From Nitrospira sp. (GTDB taxonomy: Bacteria; Nitrospirota; Nitrospiria; Nitrospirales; Nitrospiraceae): a DNA stretch of 64,000 nt. The stretch lies in assembly GCA_029881435.1 (NCBI GenBank), contig JAOUMR010000005.1:7116-71115 (forward strand), given 5' to 3'. Both the position numbers and the translations under genes were made by a program. How positions within the stretch are numbered: the first letter of the stretch is position 1; each line of letters opens with the position of its first letter. The notes under the pieces are model-generated. The model had not been told where the DNA came from. It searched no databases and worked only from the letters and a program-made list of their open reading frames with translations. Positions 16,248 through 26,352 of this stretch are shown one piece after another.

Positions 16248-19037
16248 TCAGCCCCCAAACTTCTTCGGACTCAGAGGGGATATCGGGATCTGAGGGATGG
16301 GTACGTCCTTCGCAGTGCCTCCGCCAAACCGCTTCGTCGTTTCGAAAGTGACGAGACTTAAAATCCCGGCAGCCACACACACCGCCAAATCAATGGGCTC
16401 GAGTGCTGAGAACCGAAATACCCCCCGCAGGAACGGAATAGTCAGCACAAGCGTCAATAACGCCAGGGCGCTCCCGATCACCCACCACAGGGCTTGATTG
16501 GGCACGCGAAACATGTCGGCCATCGAGCGGGACCAAGACCGATTGGTGACAATAAGTCCGAGGCTCGCCAATATCAGTGCCGTGAACGTCAGTGCTCGTG
16601 CATGCTCCGCACCGTCACCACGGTACAGAGACATTGAGAAGATCGTTAGCACGATCAGGAACAGACAGAGCCCTTGCACCAGACCCAGCGTGATGGTGGA
16701 TCGATCAAAGAGCGGGGCATCGGGCACACGTGGCGGTCGGCGCATAACCTCGTTTTCTTCCGCTTCCGCTTCGAAGACGATTGAACAGGCCGGGTCGATA
16801 ATCAACTGCAGGAATAGGATGTGGACCGGCAACAGAATCAACGGCCAGCCCAACATGACCGGTACGAGCGACAAACCGATAATCGGGAAATGCGCCGCGA
16901 TCACGAATGCGATGGCCTTCTTCAGGTTGTCGAAAATCCGTCGACCCAGCTTCACCGCCTCAACGATCGATGAGAAATCGTCATCCAACAACACGACCGC
17001 CGCCGCTTCGCGCGCCACATCGGTCCCGCGCCCCCCCATGGCGATACCGATATGCGCCGCCTTCAGTGCCGGAGCATCGTTGACGCCGTCCCCGGTCATC
17101 GCGACGATTTCACCGCTGGTCTTGAGCGCATTCACGAGACGAAGTTTTTGCTCCGGCACGACCCGACAGAATACGTTGATACGGCCAACCTGACGCTGCA
17201 ACTCCGCATCGCTCATTGTATCAATCTCCGACCCGGAAATGATGCCATCGTCAGACACGAGGCCGATTTGCTGAGCGATCTTCCGCGCTGTCATCGGATG
17301 ATCCCCCGTCATCATCACCACCCGAATACCGGCTTCTTGGCTTTCCTTGATTGCGTCGGGCACGGCGGGTCGGACCGGATCCAGCAGGCCGATAAGCCCA
17401 AGCAGATGGAACTCGAAATCATGCTGGATGTCCGGCAAGGCGGTGCGCGTGAAACTCGCCTGAGCCACACCCAATACGCGCAAGCCTTGCTCCGCCATGA
17501 CATTGATCTGCCGGCTGACCGCTTCGGCTCGTTGCGGATCCAGGTGGCACAACTCTACGATCGCTTCAGGGGCACCCTTGGCGGCAATGACATACCGATC
17601 TCCCTCTGGTGATTGCCACACCCGGGACATCGCCAGCAGCTCCGGCGATAACGGATACTCTTCCACCAGCATCCAGTCCTCGTGCCAATGTTCTGTGCCG
17701 GCAAGAAGCGTCTGTCCCGCCTCACGTATGGCCTTTTCCATCGGGTCAAACGGATCGCGTTGGCTTGCCAGGACACTGAACTCCAGCAGCTCGTGAAACG
17801 TCTCGGGGAGACCCCTGGGGGCAAGCGCAGTGACATCGAACGACTGTCCGTCGACAGATACCACCACCAGCGCCATACGGTTCTGCGTCAGCGTACCGGT
17901 CTTGTCGACACAGAGCACCGTGGTCGATCCAAGCGATTCGACTGCGGGGATGTGACGAATCAATACTCGCTTCTTGGAAATGCGCCACGCACCCAACCCA
18001 AGAAAGATCGTGAGAATGACCGGTAACTCTTCCGGCAAAATGGCCATGGCCAGCGTAATCCCAACGAGCAATCCATTGAGCCAATCAGTGCGGGTCACGC
18101 CATACCAGATGGCCACAAGGGCCGCCAGTGCTAAACCGACCCAGGCGAGTCGTTTCACGGCAACCCCGGTTTCACGCTGAATGCGGGTCGGTTCCTGTTC
18201 CATACGGGTCAACGCGTTGCCGATACGGCCAATTTCGGTGCGCGGTCCGGTTGCCTGAACCGTTGCTGTCCCTGTGCCTTGCACCACCAGCGACCCTGAA
18301 TAGATGAAGGGCAGATCGTCTCCCCCCGGCCGACCCAATTGTGTCTCATGAGCCTGACCGGCCCTCTTTCGCACGGGAACGGATTCCCCCGTCAGCAGCG
18401 ACTCGTCAATGGCCAAGACCGAACAAGAGTTCAGCACCGCATCGGCCGGCACGCGATCCCCCTCGGCGAGCAGGATGAGATCGCCGCGCACGACATCTCG
18501 GCCGGGAATCCGAATTGGTTCACTATCACGGACCACCAACGCGCGCGGGCTAGACAAGTCGCGCAGCGCCTCCAATGCGCGCTCTGTTTTGCGTTCCTGG
18601 AATACCGTGATGCCTATCACGATACAGACAAACCCAAGCAGCATCAGCGCCTCTTGGGCATCCCCGAGGATCAGGTAAATCGCACCGCAAGCCATCAACA
18701 GCATGAACATCGGCTCGCGTGCCACATTGAACGCGATCGCCCACGTGCTGCGCGGCTTAGAGGAAGGCAATTCATTATAGCCGTCAGTCAGAATGCGCGC
18801 TGCCGCATCAGCTGCCGTGACGCCCGCCATCGAGCCTACGATCGGTTGACGATCGATCAATTCCTGCGTCTTCACTCGCACCTCTTGGCCACACCCTTTG
18901 GCAGTGACTGGTCCATCTGGTTGGGAAACATCCTCTTTCGCGCTACACTCAGCATGCCGGTGAAGGACCGTACCTTGATACAGCGCCTTAACTGGAATCC
19001 CCAGAACGACTGTTAGGAAGGCCACGGGGTGAGGCAC
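16248..19037 (-). CDS. cation-transporting P-type (E1-E2) ATPase, P2/Ca-Mg-like
   Basis: TGES, DKTGTLT, KGAPE, MTGDHPMTA and TGDGVNDAPAL motifs, with about 10 TM helices. The start is uncertain, between 18830 and 19037. The Cation_ATPase_N-like segment begins around ...AGVTAADAAARILTDGYNEL. Confidence 0.9.
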   Translation of the reverse strand: MPHPVAFLTVVLGIPVKALYQGTVLHRHAECSAKEDVSQPDGPVTAKGCGQEVRVKTQELIDRQPIVGSMAGVTAADAAARILTDGYNELPSSKPRSTWAIAFNVAREPMFMLLMACGAIYLILGDAQEALMLLGFVCIVIGITVFQERKTERALEALRDLSSPRALVVRDSEPIRIPGRDVVRGDLILLAEGDRVPADAVLNSCSVLAIDESLLTGESVPVRKRAGQAHETQLGRPGGDDLPFIYSGSLVVQGTGTATVQATGPRTEIGRIGNALTRMEQEPTRIQRETGVAVKRLAWVGLALAALVAIWYGVTRTDWLNGLLVGITLAMAILPEELPVILTIFLGLGAWRISKKRVLIRHIPAVESLGSTTVLCVDKTGTLTQNRMALVVVSVDGQSFDVTALAPRGLPETFHELLEFSVLASQRDPFDPMEKAIREAGQTLLAGTEHWHEDWMLVEEYPLSPELLAMSRVWQSPEGDRYVIAAKGAPEAIVELCHLDPQRAEAVSRQINVMAEQGLRVLGVAQASFTRTALPDIQHDFEFHLLGLIGLLDPVRPAVPDAIKESQEAGIRVVMMTGDHPMTARKIAQQIGLVSDDGIISGSEIDTMSDAELQRQVGRINVFCRVVPEQKLRLVNALKTSGEIVAMTGDGVNDAPALKAAHIGIAMGGRGTDVAREAAAVVLLDDDFSSIVEAVKLGRRIFDNLKKAIAFVIAAHFPIIGLSLVPVMLGWPLILLPVHILFLQLIIDPACSIVFEAEAEENEVMRRPPRVPDAPLFDRSTITLGLVQGLCLFLIVLTIFSMSLYRGDGAEHARALTFTALILASLGLIVTNRSWSRSMADMFRVPNQALWWVIGSALALLTLVLTIPFLRGVFRFSALEPIDLAVCVAAGILSLVTFETTKRFGGGTAKDVPIPQIPISPLSPKKFGG

Positions 19038-19058
19038 CAGCTAAATAGTCGGGCACGC

Positions 19059-19409
19059 TCATCGGGGCAAGGTCAGGAGATAGGCCAACACATCGCGGAT
19101 GGCCTCGTCTGATAGTCTTGATTTCCAGGCATCCATGGCGGTATTCGGTCGTCCCTCATGGATGCTCTTTAAGAGGCGAGAGTCCGGCTTCAGAAGCACG
19201 TCGCTCGATGTCAGGTCCGCCACAGGCGGGTCAAACTGCACGGCTCCATCCCCTCGACCTTGCGGACCGTGACAGGCCAGGCAATACTTCTCATAGAGCT
19301 TCTTGCCTCGCACCAGATTTCGCTCATTCGCGGCGAGGCTGGGTGTGGACGCCATGAGACAATAAGCCGTCGTCAACACACACAGGACATAGAGGCTGGG
19401 ATACTTCAC
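19059..19409 (-). CDS. monohaem class I cytochrome c, secreted (paralogue of 3866..4255)
   Basis: A signal peptide, a CLACH motif and a C-terminal HEGRPNTAMDAWKSRLSDEAIRDVLAYLLTL. Confidence 0.8.
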   Translation of the reverse strand: MKYPSLYVLCVLTTAYCLMASTPSLAANERNLVRGKKLYEKYCLACHGPQGRGDGAVQFDPPVADLTSSDVLLKPDSRLLKSIHEGRPNTAMDAWKSRLSDEAIRDVLAYLLTLPR

Positions 19410-19442
19410 GGCTTTCTCTTTCCACCAGATCCAGCACGCACT

Positions 19443-20081
19443 TTATGAGCGATCGCACCCCGTCGAATGCTGTACGCATTGCCGAAGCCACGAAACGATC
19501 TGATCAAGCATGCTAGTGACCGCTCGATTGGCGGCTAGGACCCCTCCATAGGCGTTCTCGCTCGGAGCATTCTCCACTGCCTCGAACGCTCGGGCTCCGA
19601 GAATCGTTGATTCTTTCAAGTCCACGAGCTGCAATCGAGCCGTCACTCTGACTCGACTGGGCTGTTGGAGAAATTCTTGCTGCAAAAGAACTCCGTACGT
19701 GTCAAGGCGATAGTCCCCACTGACTGCGCTCGGCAAGGAAATCACGGTCCGCCATGTCCCACTCTGATTGAGCACCTGGACCATCAGGGGGGGGAGCATG
19801 CGCACCGGGCTGTCAGCCCACTGATTCACAGCAAAATATTCGAGTTCGTACGGACGTTTGACGTACACCATGCGCTGCGTTTCAAAGCCCGGCTCCGCTT
19901 GAGGTGGACTCACGAGCAACACTGGACCGTCCGTCTCGACAGGACGCTCTTCACTCTGCAAGCCATCAAGGCTCAAGTGATACGTATGGATTTCCGGAGA
20001 ATCCGTTCGGGTCGATAGACAACCGGTTGTCGTCATAACCAACACAGCGCACAGGACATGGATAAGTTGATACTTCTTCAT
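19443..20081 (-). CDS. ABC-type transport auxiliary lipoprotein (DUF330/PqiC-like)
   Basis: The likely start is MKKYQLIHVLCAVLVMTTTGC (lipobox). It sits directly after an MlaD-like gene, as is usual for this family. Confidence 0.65.
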   Translation of the reverse strand: MKKYQLIHVLCAVLVMTTTGCLSTRTDSPEIHTYHLSLDGLQSEERPVETDGPVLLVSPPQAEPGFETQRMVYVKRPYELEYFAVNQWADSPVRMLPPLMVQVLNQSGTWRTVISLPSAVSGDYRLDTYGVLLQQEFLQQPSRVRVTARLQLVDLKESTILGARAFEAVENAPSENAYGGVLAANRAVTSMLDQIVSWLRQCVQHSTGCDRS

Positions 20082-20100
20082 GGCATGATATTTCAGGACA

Positions 20101-21063
20101 TTATTCCCCTGGACCGCGCGGCGGTGTCTTTCGTCCAAACACCAACGAGCTCGGTTCTCGTTCCAACTCCCGTGCCACGCGAGTTAACGTACTCGTGAGC
20201 TGTCGGAGCTCCGTCACCAATAGGCCGGTTTCGGGCAGAGTGCGTCGGCTGAATTGTTGCAGTTCTGGTCTGGCCTCATTGACGACCGTTCCCATGGTCT
20301 TGCTGGTCCGAGCCAGCTCGTCCGTCGCAGTCCCCAAGGTTGCAACACTCTTGTTGATTCCCGCGAGTACGGTAGGAACCTGCGCATTCAACGACGCCGT
20401 CAACTTGACAAGATTGTCGGCACTTCGTGCGGCACCGTCAAGGCTTTGTTCGATTTGCACCTTGTGGGCCGCAACGGTCTGCGCAACATCGGCGAGATCC
20501 GTAATCGTCCTCTTGAGCAGTGTGCGATTTTCTTCATCCAAGACCTTCCCCACCCCTTTCACCGCTGTATCAAGATCGACCAACAGTTGGGCCAGACCTT
20601 CTTCCGCCAATAGACGAGACACTGCCTCATCCAAGCGGACGAATAGGGAGGGACCGGTCTTGATGACCGGATAGGCTTGCCCGTCCTCAGCTTGCAACGA
20701 AGGAGCCTCCTTGCTTCCGCCGGTCAAATTGATGGTCGCAAGACCGGTGAGCCCCTGGGTTTCGAGTACAGCAACCGTGTCGGTCTTGATGGGTGTTCCC
20801 CGCACGATATCCATCGTCAGCAGAACTTCCTTGGGATTATCAGAATTTAAGGCAATGTCCTTGACCCGCCCTACATCGACGCCTCGATACTTGACGGTCG
20901 AGTTCACGCTCAATCCTGCGACCGACTCCTTCATATAGGCCACGTACCGGTCATAAGAGCCTCGGTAGTCGGACTTTCCCAACCACAGAATACCGGCAAG
21001 GATGCTCGCGCCGAGTAACGCCACGAATGATCCCACGAGAACATAGTTGACCTTGGGTTCCAT
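20101..21063 (-). CDS. MlaD/MCE-domain substrate-binding protein
   Basis: An N-terminal TM helix (VLVGSFVALLGASILAGILWL), then an MCE domain (GLSVNSTVKYRGVDVGRVKDI) and a long helical C-terminus. Confidence 0.85.
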   Translation of the reverse strand: MEPKVNYVLVGSFVALLGASILAGILWLGKSDYRGSYDRYVAYMKESVAGLSVNSTVKYRGVDVGRVKDIALNSDNPKEVLLTMDIVRGTPIKTDTVAVLETQGLTGLATINLTGGSKEAPSLQAEDGQAYPVIKTGPSLFVRLDEAVSRLLAEEGLAQLLVDLDTAVKGVGKVLDEENRTLLKRTITDLADVAQTVAAHKVQIEQSLDGAARSADNLVKLTASLNAQVPTVLAGINKSVATLGTATDELARTSKTMGTVVNEARPELQQFSRRTLPETGLLVTELRQLTSTLTRVARELEREPSSLVFGRKTPPRGPGE

Positions 21064-21109
21064 TCAGTTCCCCTTCAGTTGCTCGTCCTTGTCCTGCTGA
21101 ATAGGTATT

Positions 21110-21919
21110 TCACGCGCGACGTTCCCTCGTGTTCCAGGCCGCCTGTTCGCTCGCTGCCCTACCGCGTGAGCCGTGGAAATATTCACGGATGACGGGATCA
21201 TCGGCCCGTGATAACTCCTGCATGCTCCCCACGCCCAGTACCTTCCCGCCTCCCAGGACTGCTACACGATTAGCAATGCGCCACAACGAGTCCAGATCGT
21301 GCGTCACCATCACCACCGTCAGTCCCAAGAGATCCTTTAACGAGAGAACGAGATCATCAAATCCCGCGGCGATGATCGGATCGAGCCCGGCCGTCGGCTC
21401 GTCGAGAAATAACAATTCTGGATCCATAACGATCGCTCGGGCGAGCGCAGCTCGTCTGCGCATCCCACCGCTTAGTTCGTTTGGATATTTCACGGCACTA
21501 TCCGGAGGTAAGCCCACCATCGCAATCTTGGCTGCGACAATATCACGGATCAGTCCTGCACTCAGTGTCGTATGCTCGCGCAGCGGCACGGCAACATTCT
21601 CCGCCAGCGTGAACGAGCTGAACAGCGCCCCATACTGGAACATGACACCGAATCGGCGGTGGACTGGATGACCATCGCCCGCCTCCAAATGTCGGCTATC
21701 GATTCCGAACAGCCGTATCGTTCCGGCCGAGGGTATGATCAGACCGATGATCTCCCGCAGCAAGGTGGTCTTACCACACCCATTGCCTCCGGCAATTGCG
21801 AAAATTTCGCCACGTTGGATGGACAGACTGACATCCTCGTGCACGACGGCGTTCCCAAACTTCGTCACGACATGGCTCACGTCAATCACCGGACTGTCCG
21901 TGTTCGTGGCCGACGGCAT
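21110..21919 (-). CDS. ABC transporter ATP-binding protein (MlaF-like)
   Basis: Walker A GGNGCGKTT, signature LSGGMRRR, Walker B LLFLDEPTAGLD. Confidence 0.9.
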   Translation of the reverse strand: MPSATNTDSPVIDVSHVVTKFGNAVVHEDVSLSIQRGEIFAIAGGNGCGKTTLLREIIGLIIPSAGTIRLFGIDSRHLEAGDGHPVHRRFGVMFQYGALFSSFTLAENVAVPLREHTTLSAGLIRDIVAAKIAMVGLPPDSAVKYPNELSGGMRRRAALARAIVMDPELLFLDEPTAGLDPIIAAGFDDLVLSLKDLLGLTVVMVTHDLDSLWRIANRVAVLGGGKVLGVGSMQELSRADDPVIREYFHGSRGRAASEQAAWNTRERRA

Positions 21920-21953
21920 CAGAGGTTACCTTTCACACAGGTTGCACAACATG

Positions 21954-23120
21954 TTACAGGTCCCACCAATTGAGCAGGATGCTGCAGACCGCATCGAACA
22001 CGATCACGAAAAAAATCCCCTGCACGACGCTGATAGTGGTATGGCGACCAACGTCATCCACGCCCCCACGAATCTGAAATCCTTGATAGCAGCCCACCAA
22101 GGCGATAATCGCCGCAAAGAAGGGCGCCTTGCCCAATCCGATCAGAAAGTGTCGCACAGGCACCGCTTCCTCAAACCGAGCGATAAACTCCGCGAAACTC
22201 ACATTGAGCTCTCCCAACGCAATCAGCATACCTCCGAAGACGCCCACGACATCTGCGTACACAGTTAACAGCGGGAGAGCGATGACCAAGGCGAGCGCGC
22301 GCGGCAGCACGAGCAGGTTCATGGGCGAAATGCCCAATGTGCGCACCGCATCCAATTCTTCTGTGACCTTCATCGTGCCGATCTCCGCCGCATAAGCTGA
22401 TCCCGAACGGCCGGCGATGAGGATCGCCACGATCAACGGCGCAATTTCACGCAACAGCGAGATGCCGACCAGATCCACGATAAAAATGTTCGTACCGAAC
22501 TTCCTGAGCTGTTCCGCCCCCTGATAGGCAATGACGACACCGACCAAAAAGGTCAGGAGGCCGGTGATCGGCAAGGCTCGTAGACCGTCCAGCTCCACGA
22601 ACCGCAACAGTGTCCGCCATCGGATGGAACGTGGCCGTATCAGCGATCGTCCCAATGCGATGGTGCTTTCTCCGAGAAAGGCGAGCGCGCGAAGTATAGA
22701 AACTTGCCGAGATTGTACAGCTTGGGCAAGACTGTCGGTCCATCCCCCCCTCCGGATCGCGCTTCCATGCTCCGATTGAGGCCACTGCGCTTCAATCTTT
22801 CGGAGCAACTCCTCGAACTCAGGTCTGAGCCCTTCGAGTGACATCTGTTGGCCCTTGCGCCGCAGGGTGTCGATGCAACGCTGGAGCACGATCGCTCCGC
22901 CTGTATCCATGGCGGTCACTCCTCCGGCATCGCAGAGAACCGGGGACTCATCCGGCCATCGAAGCGCTCGACTGCCTCGCTCCAGCTGGGTCAGGTTCGA
23001 AAGGACCCAAGCCCCACGGCAGCGGATGATATTATCTTCGATCGAGATCGTTGCCTGTTGTTCCATCCATCCGATCCTAGGCTCAAAGCTGCATGAACGT
23101 TCAGAAGTCGTTTCACGCAC
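21954..23120 (-). CDS. MlaE-family ABC permease with N-terminal STAS/MlaB-like extension
   Basis: The C-terminal 260 aa are MlaE-like (...LREIAPLIVAILIAGRSGSAYAAEIGTMKVTEE...YQGFQIRGGVDDVGRHTT...). The N-terminal roughly 110 aa resemble a STAS domain (ISIEDNIIRCRGAWVL...GGVTAMDTGGAIVL). The start may be 23066 rather than 23120. Confidence 0.85.
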   Translation of the reverse strand: MRETTSERSCSFEPRIGWMEQQATISIEDNIIRCRGAWVLSNLTQLERGSRALRWPDESPVLCDAGGVTAMDTGGAIVLQRCIDTLRRKGQQMSLEGLRPEFEELLRKIEAQWPQSEHGSAIRRGGWTDSLAQAVQSRQVSILRALAFLGESTIALGRSLIRPRSIRWRTLLRFVELDGLRALPITGLLTFLVGVVIAYQGAEQLRKFGTNIFIVDLVGISLLREIAPLIVAILIAGRSGSAYAAEIGTMKVTEELDAVRTLGISPMNLLVLPRALALVIALPLLTVYADVVGVFGGMLIALGELNVSFAEFIARFEEAVPVRHFLIGLGKAPFFAAIIALVGCYQGFQIRGGVDDVGRHTTISVVQGIFFVIVFDAVCSILLNWWDL

Positions 23121-24915
23121 TCTCTAGGATTGCCTTTAGCTCAGCCCCGGTCATCACCTCGCGTTCCAGCAAGAGCTGCGCACCCTGGTGTAGGGCGGTT
23201 TTCCTTTCTTCTAGCATTTGCCTCACGCGCCCGTACTGCTCGTCAATGATCCGCCGAACCTCGCAGTCGATTTCACGGGCGGTTTCTTCGGAATAATCGC
23301 CTTTTTCCGACGCGAGAGGAAGTTGGAGGAACTGAGGCTGTCGTTCTCGTTCCAACGTGATGGTGCCCAGTTTTTCGCTCATCCCGTAGGCCTTCACCAT
23401 ACTTTTGGCGATGTCGGTGGATTTCACGAGATCGTTCTGCGCTCCCGTCGAAGCTTCGCCGAAGATCGTTTCTTCGGCGATCCGACCACCGAGTAACACG
23501 GCAACTTTATTCTCCAACTCAGATTTCGTCATGAGAAACCGGTCCTCTGTCGGGAGCTGCAACGTGTAGCCGAGTGCCGCCACACCTCGGGGAATGATGG
23601 AGATCTTCTGCACCTGATCCATCCCCGGCAACGACATGGCAATGAGGGCATGGCCCGTCTCATGGTAGGCCACCCGCTCCTTCTCCATTTTATTCAGGAC
23701 ACGATTCTTCTTCTCCAAGCCGGCAATGACTCGCTCGACCGCCTCCTGTAATTCGGAAAAACCGACCTCATCCTTACCACGGCGCACCGCCAGCAACGCC
23801 GCCTCGTTGATGATGTTGGCCAAATCGGCTCCGGAGAACCCAGGGGTCATCGCGGCGATGTTTTCGAGATCGGCGTCGGGACCCAGCGTCACCTGTTTGG
23901 CATGCACACGAAGAATGGCGAGGCGACCGATCTTGTCCGGACGGTCCACCACCACATGTCGATCGAATCGGCCGGCCCGCAGCAACGCGGGATCAAGAAT
24001 CTCGGGGCGATTGGTTGCGGCCATAAGAATGACCCCGATGCGCGGATCGAAGCCATCCATCTCAACTAGCAACTGATTGAGCGTCTGTTCCCGTTCCTCA
24101 TGCCCCATAGGCCCTGCGCCACGCGCTTTTCCGAGCGCATCCAATTCATCGATGAAAATGATGCAGGGGGCTTTGAGCTTAGCCTGATCGAAGAGATCAC
24201 GGACCCGAGCAGCCCCGACCCCAACGAACATTTCGACAAACTCCGAGCCGCTGATGCTGAAGAACGTCACGCCGGCCTCGCCGGCCACAGCACGGGCCAG
24301 CAACGTCTTGCCGGTCCCCGGAGGTCCGACCAGCAGAATCCCCTTGGGAATCTTTCCGCCGAGTTTGGTGAACTTCTCCGGCGTCTTCAGGAACTCAATC
24401 ACCTCCTGCAATTCTTCCTTCGCCTCGTCCACACCGGCGACATCCGCAAACGTCACCTTGATGTCCTTCTCCATGTAGATCTTGGCTTTGGATTGCCCGA
24501 CCTGCATGAAGCCGCCCTGAGCCTGTCCCAATCGTCGAAAGATAAAGAACCAGATACCAACGAACAGCGCGACCGGGATGATCCAGGATAGAAGATCACG
24601 CCAAAACGTGGATTCAATGACGCCGGTAAAGATCACTCCATGTTGATCGAGTTCCCGGACAAGGTCCGGGTCTTCAACCCGGACGGTCGCAAAGGCTTTC
24701 GGCTCCTTTGATTCGCCCTCAGGTTTCAACTTGCCGGTCAGCACTTGGCTCGTCACCGAGACTTCTGCCACCTTCCCAGCCACCACCAAACTTTTAAACT
24801 GACTGTAGGGGAGTTCCTCGACCTTGTTCAGCGCGTGAATAAAGTCATGGACGAGCACCACGGCCATAATGGCGAGGAGCACATACCAAATAGAAAAGGA
24901 AGTTGTTTTATTCAT
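23113..24915 (-). CDS. ftsH: ATP-dependent zinc metalloprotease FtsH
   Basis: 600 aa. It has two N-terminal TM helices, AAA+ Walker A GPPGTGKT, Walker B IIFIDELD and the zinc site HETGHAL. Confidence 0.95.
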   Translation of the reverse strand: MNKTTSFSIWYVLLAIMAVVLVHDFIHALNKVEELPYSQFKSLVVAGKVAEVSVTSQVLTGKLKPEGESKEPKAFATVRVEDPDLVRELDQHGVIFTGVIESTFWRDLLSWIIPVALFVGIWFFIFRRLGQAQGGFMQVGQSKAKIYMEKDIKVTFADVAGVDEAKEELQEVIEFLKTPEKFTKLGGKIPKGILLVGPPGTGKTLLARAVAGEAGVTFFSISGSEFVEMFVGVGAARVRDLFDQAKLKAPCIIFIDELDALGKARGAGPMGHEEREQTLNQLLVEMDGFDPRIGVILMAATNRPEILDPALLRAGRFDRHVVVDRPDKIGRLAILRVHAKQVTLGPDADLENIAAMTPGFSGADLANIINEAALLAVRRGKDEVGFSELQEAVERVIAGLEKKNRVLNKMEKERVAYHETGHALIAMSLPGMDQVQKISIIPRGVAALGYTLQLPTEDRFLMTKSELENKVAVLLGGRIAEETIFGEASTGAQNDLVKSTDIAKSMVKAYGMSEKLGTITLERERQPQFLQLPLASEKGDYSEETAREIDCEVRRIIDEQYGRVRQMLEERKTALHQGAQLLLEREVMTGAELKAILESA

Positions 24916-24962
24916 CTCTCACACCCCACTACTGAAAGACGAGGATCGCCCCCCGAGAACCG

Positions 24963-25952
24963 CTAAAACATGAAATAGGCCCCTAGGCCGATCGATTCGA
25001 TCTTCTGGTTGATCGCAAACAGACCATAGGGGTTAAATCCATGGAAGTAGTGTGCCATGATTCGAAAACGGCGGAGCGAGCCCGTTCGGGACCATTCGAA
25101 CCCACCGAGCACATTGGTGTCGATAATCCACTCGTGTGCCTGTATCGACTTGAAATCCGCCGAGAGCACAGGTGTCACGACGAGCCGGTCGAGGAACGGC
25201 ACCAAGATCCGTGTACGCATGGATGGAGCCCGTGCTTCGAATCCCCACTGAACCTTCCCGCGGTCGAATGTTGCCGGTTCTCGATGCACCAGATACCCGC
25301 CCCCTCCATAGACACGCAGCCATCTGTAGTCGTAGGAAAGAATTGCGTCCACCTCTTCAAGGATAAACGTAATCGACTTGAATCCTGGATTGGCTCCCAC
25401 AAATTCGTCGCCGATGTGGCTGCTTTGATGATAATAGCGCAATCTTGCGGACCAATTTCCTGAGCGCCATGTAATCGGTATGCCGACATTGAAGTCCGTG
25501 TTCACCAATTGGGCATTCTTTTCATCTAGGTCGAATTGGGCAAAAACGCCGGTGAGCAGGCTGATCTGCCACCCATTGCACCCGTCCCGCCTCGTATAAA
25601 AGCCGAAGTTTTCTCCGATCGCAACCGACCCGATATTGGAGGTTGTGCGGTCGGTACGTGATCGCGTCGATCGCCAGTTTGCAAAGAACTGCGGCTGCTT
25701 GGGATCCGCCAACAGGGGACGGAACAGGTCGTCGGAGGGAAAGGCTTCACCGACTGTTTCACCATCGGTTTTCCCATAGGCTTGCCCGTACCGACAATCG
25801 AGCAACTCCTTCGGCTCTGAGTCACCCAGCTTCTTGTCATCTGTATCGCCAGCATAGGCTTGCCCTGCCAGCAGAACCATAAGAGAAAGTATTCCAACTA
25901 TCAATCGATCGCAAGACACCCCCCGGCCCATCGCTTTCCTCCCCTTTGACAT
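24963..25952 (-). CDS. outer-membrane beta-barrel-like protein (DUF1207-like by memory)
   Basis: A signal peptide (LSLMVLLAGQAYA), the motif FPSDDLFRPLLADPKQPQFFA, an alternating beta-strand pattern and a C-terminal ...GAYFMF ending in Phe. Confidence 0.5.
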   Translation of the reverse strand: MSKGRKAMGRGVSCDRLIVGILSLMVLLAGQAYAGDTDDKKLGDSEPKELLDCRYGQAYGKTDGETVGEAFPSDDLFRPLLADPKQPQFFANWRSTRSRTDRTTSNIGSVAIGENFGFYTRRDGCNGWQISLLTGVFAQFDLDEKNAQLVNTDFNVGIPITWRSGNWSARLRYYHQSSHIGDEFVGANPGFKSITFILEEVDAILSYDYRWLRVYGGGGYLVHREPATFDRGKVQWGFEARAPSMRTRILVPFLDRLVVTPVLSADFKSIQAHEWIIDTNVLGGFEWSRTGSLRRFRIMAHYFHGFNPYGLFAINQKIESIGLGAYFMF

Positions 25953-26181
25953 TCTTGGATGATTCTAACTGGACTCCGTTCACAGCCCCCTTCGATAGCA
26001 TATTTATAAGAGGAAATTCATATGTTTGTTTATCCAAAGAATTTGCAGGGTCTGAGCCAAGACAAAGAATGACGAACGAGCACATGATACACAGGAAACG
26101 CTGCCGCAGTCGGCGACCGTATGCTTAGCCCATCAATGATGTAAGGCCGGTGGTCGTCATAGACAAGATGGACTGGAGGTC

Positions 26182-26217
26182 ACGGCGAGCGACCCGACTT
26201 TGTTCTGGGTTGGCTAA
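26182..26217. repeat. 36-nt copy (34/36 identical) of an internal nhaA segment (30814..30849)
   Basis: ACGGCGAGCGACCCGACTTTGTTCTGGGTTGGCTAA compared with ACGGCGGGCAACCCGACTTTGTTCTGGGTTGGCTAA. Both read LANPEQSRVARR on the minus strand, and both mismatches are synonymous third positions. Confidence 0.8.
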
Positions 26218-26352
26218 AAAGGGACATCTCAAATCGGTGAATTGTGGACAACCATCGTCGTGCCTTGACAATCCGCATGAGACGACACAGCACGGGCCCT
26301 TTGTCCCACGACAGGCCCTGTAGGGTCAGATGGGACCCAGATGAGCACTCGC

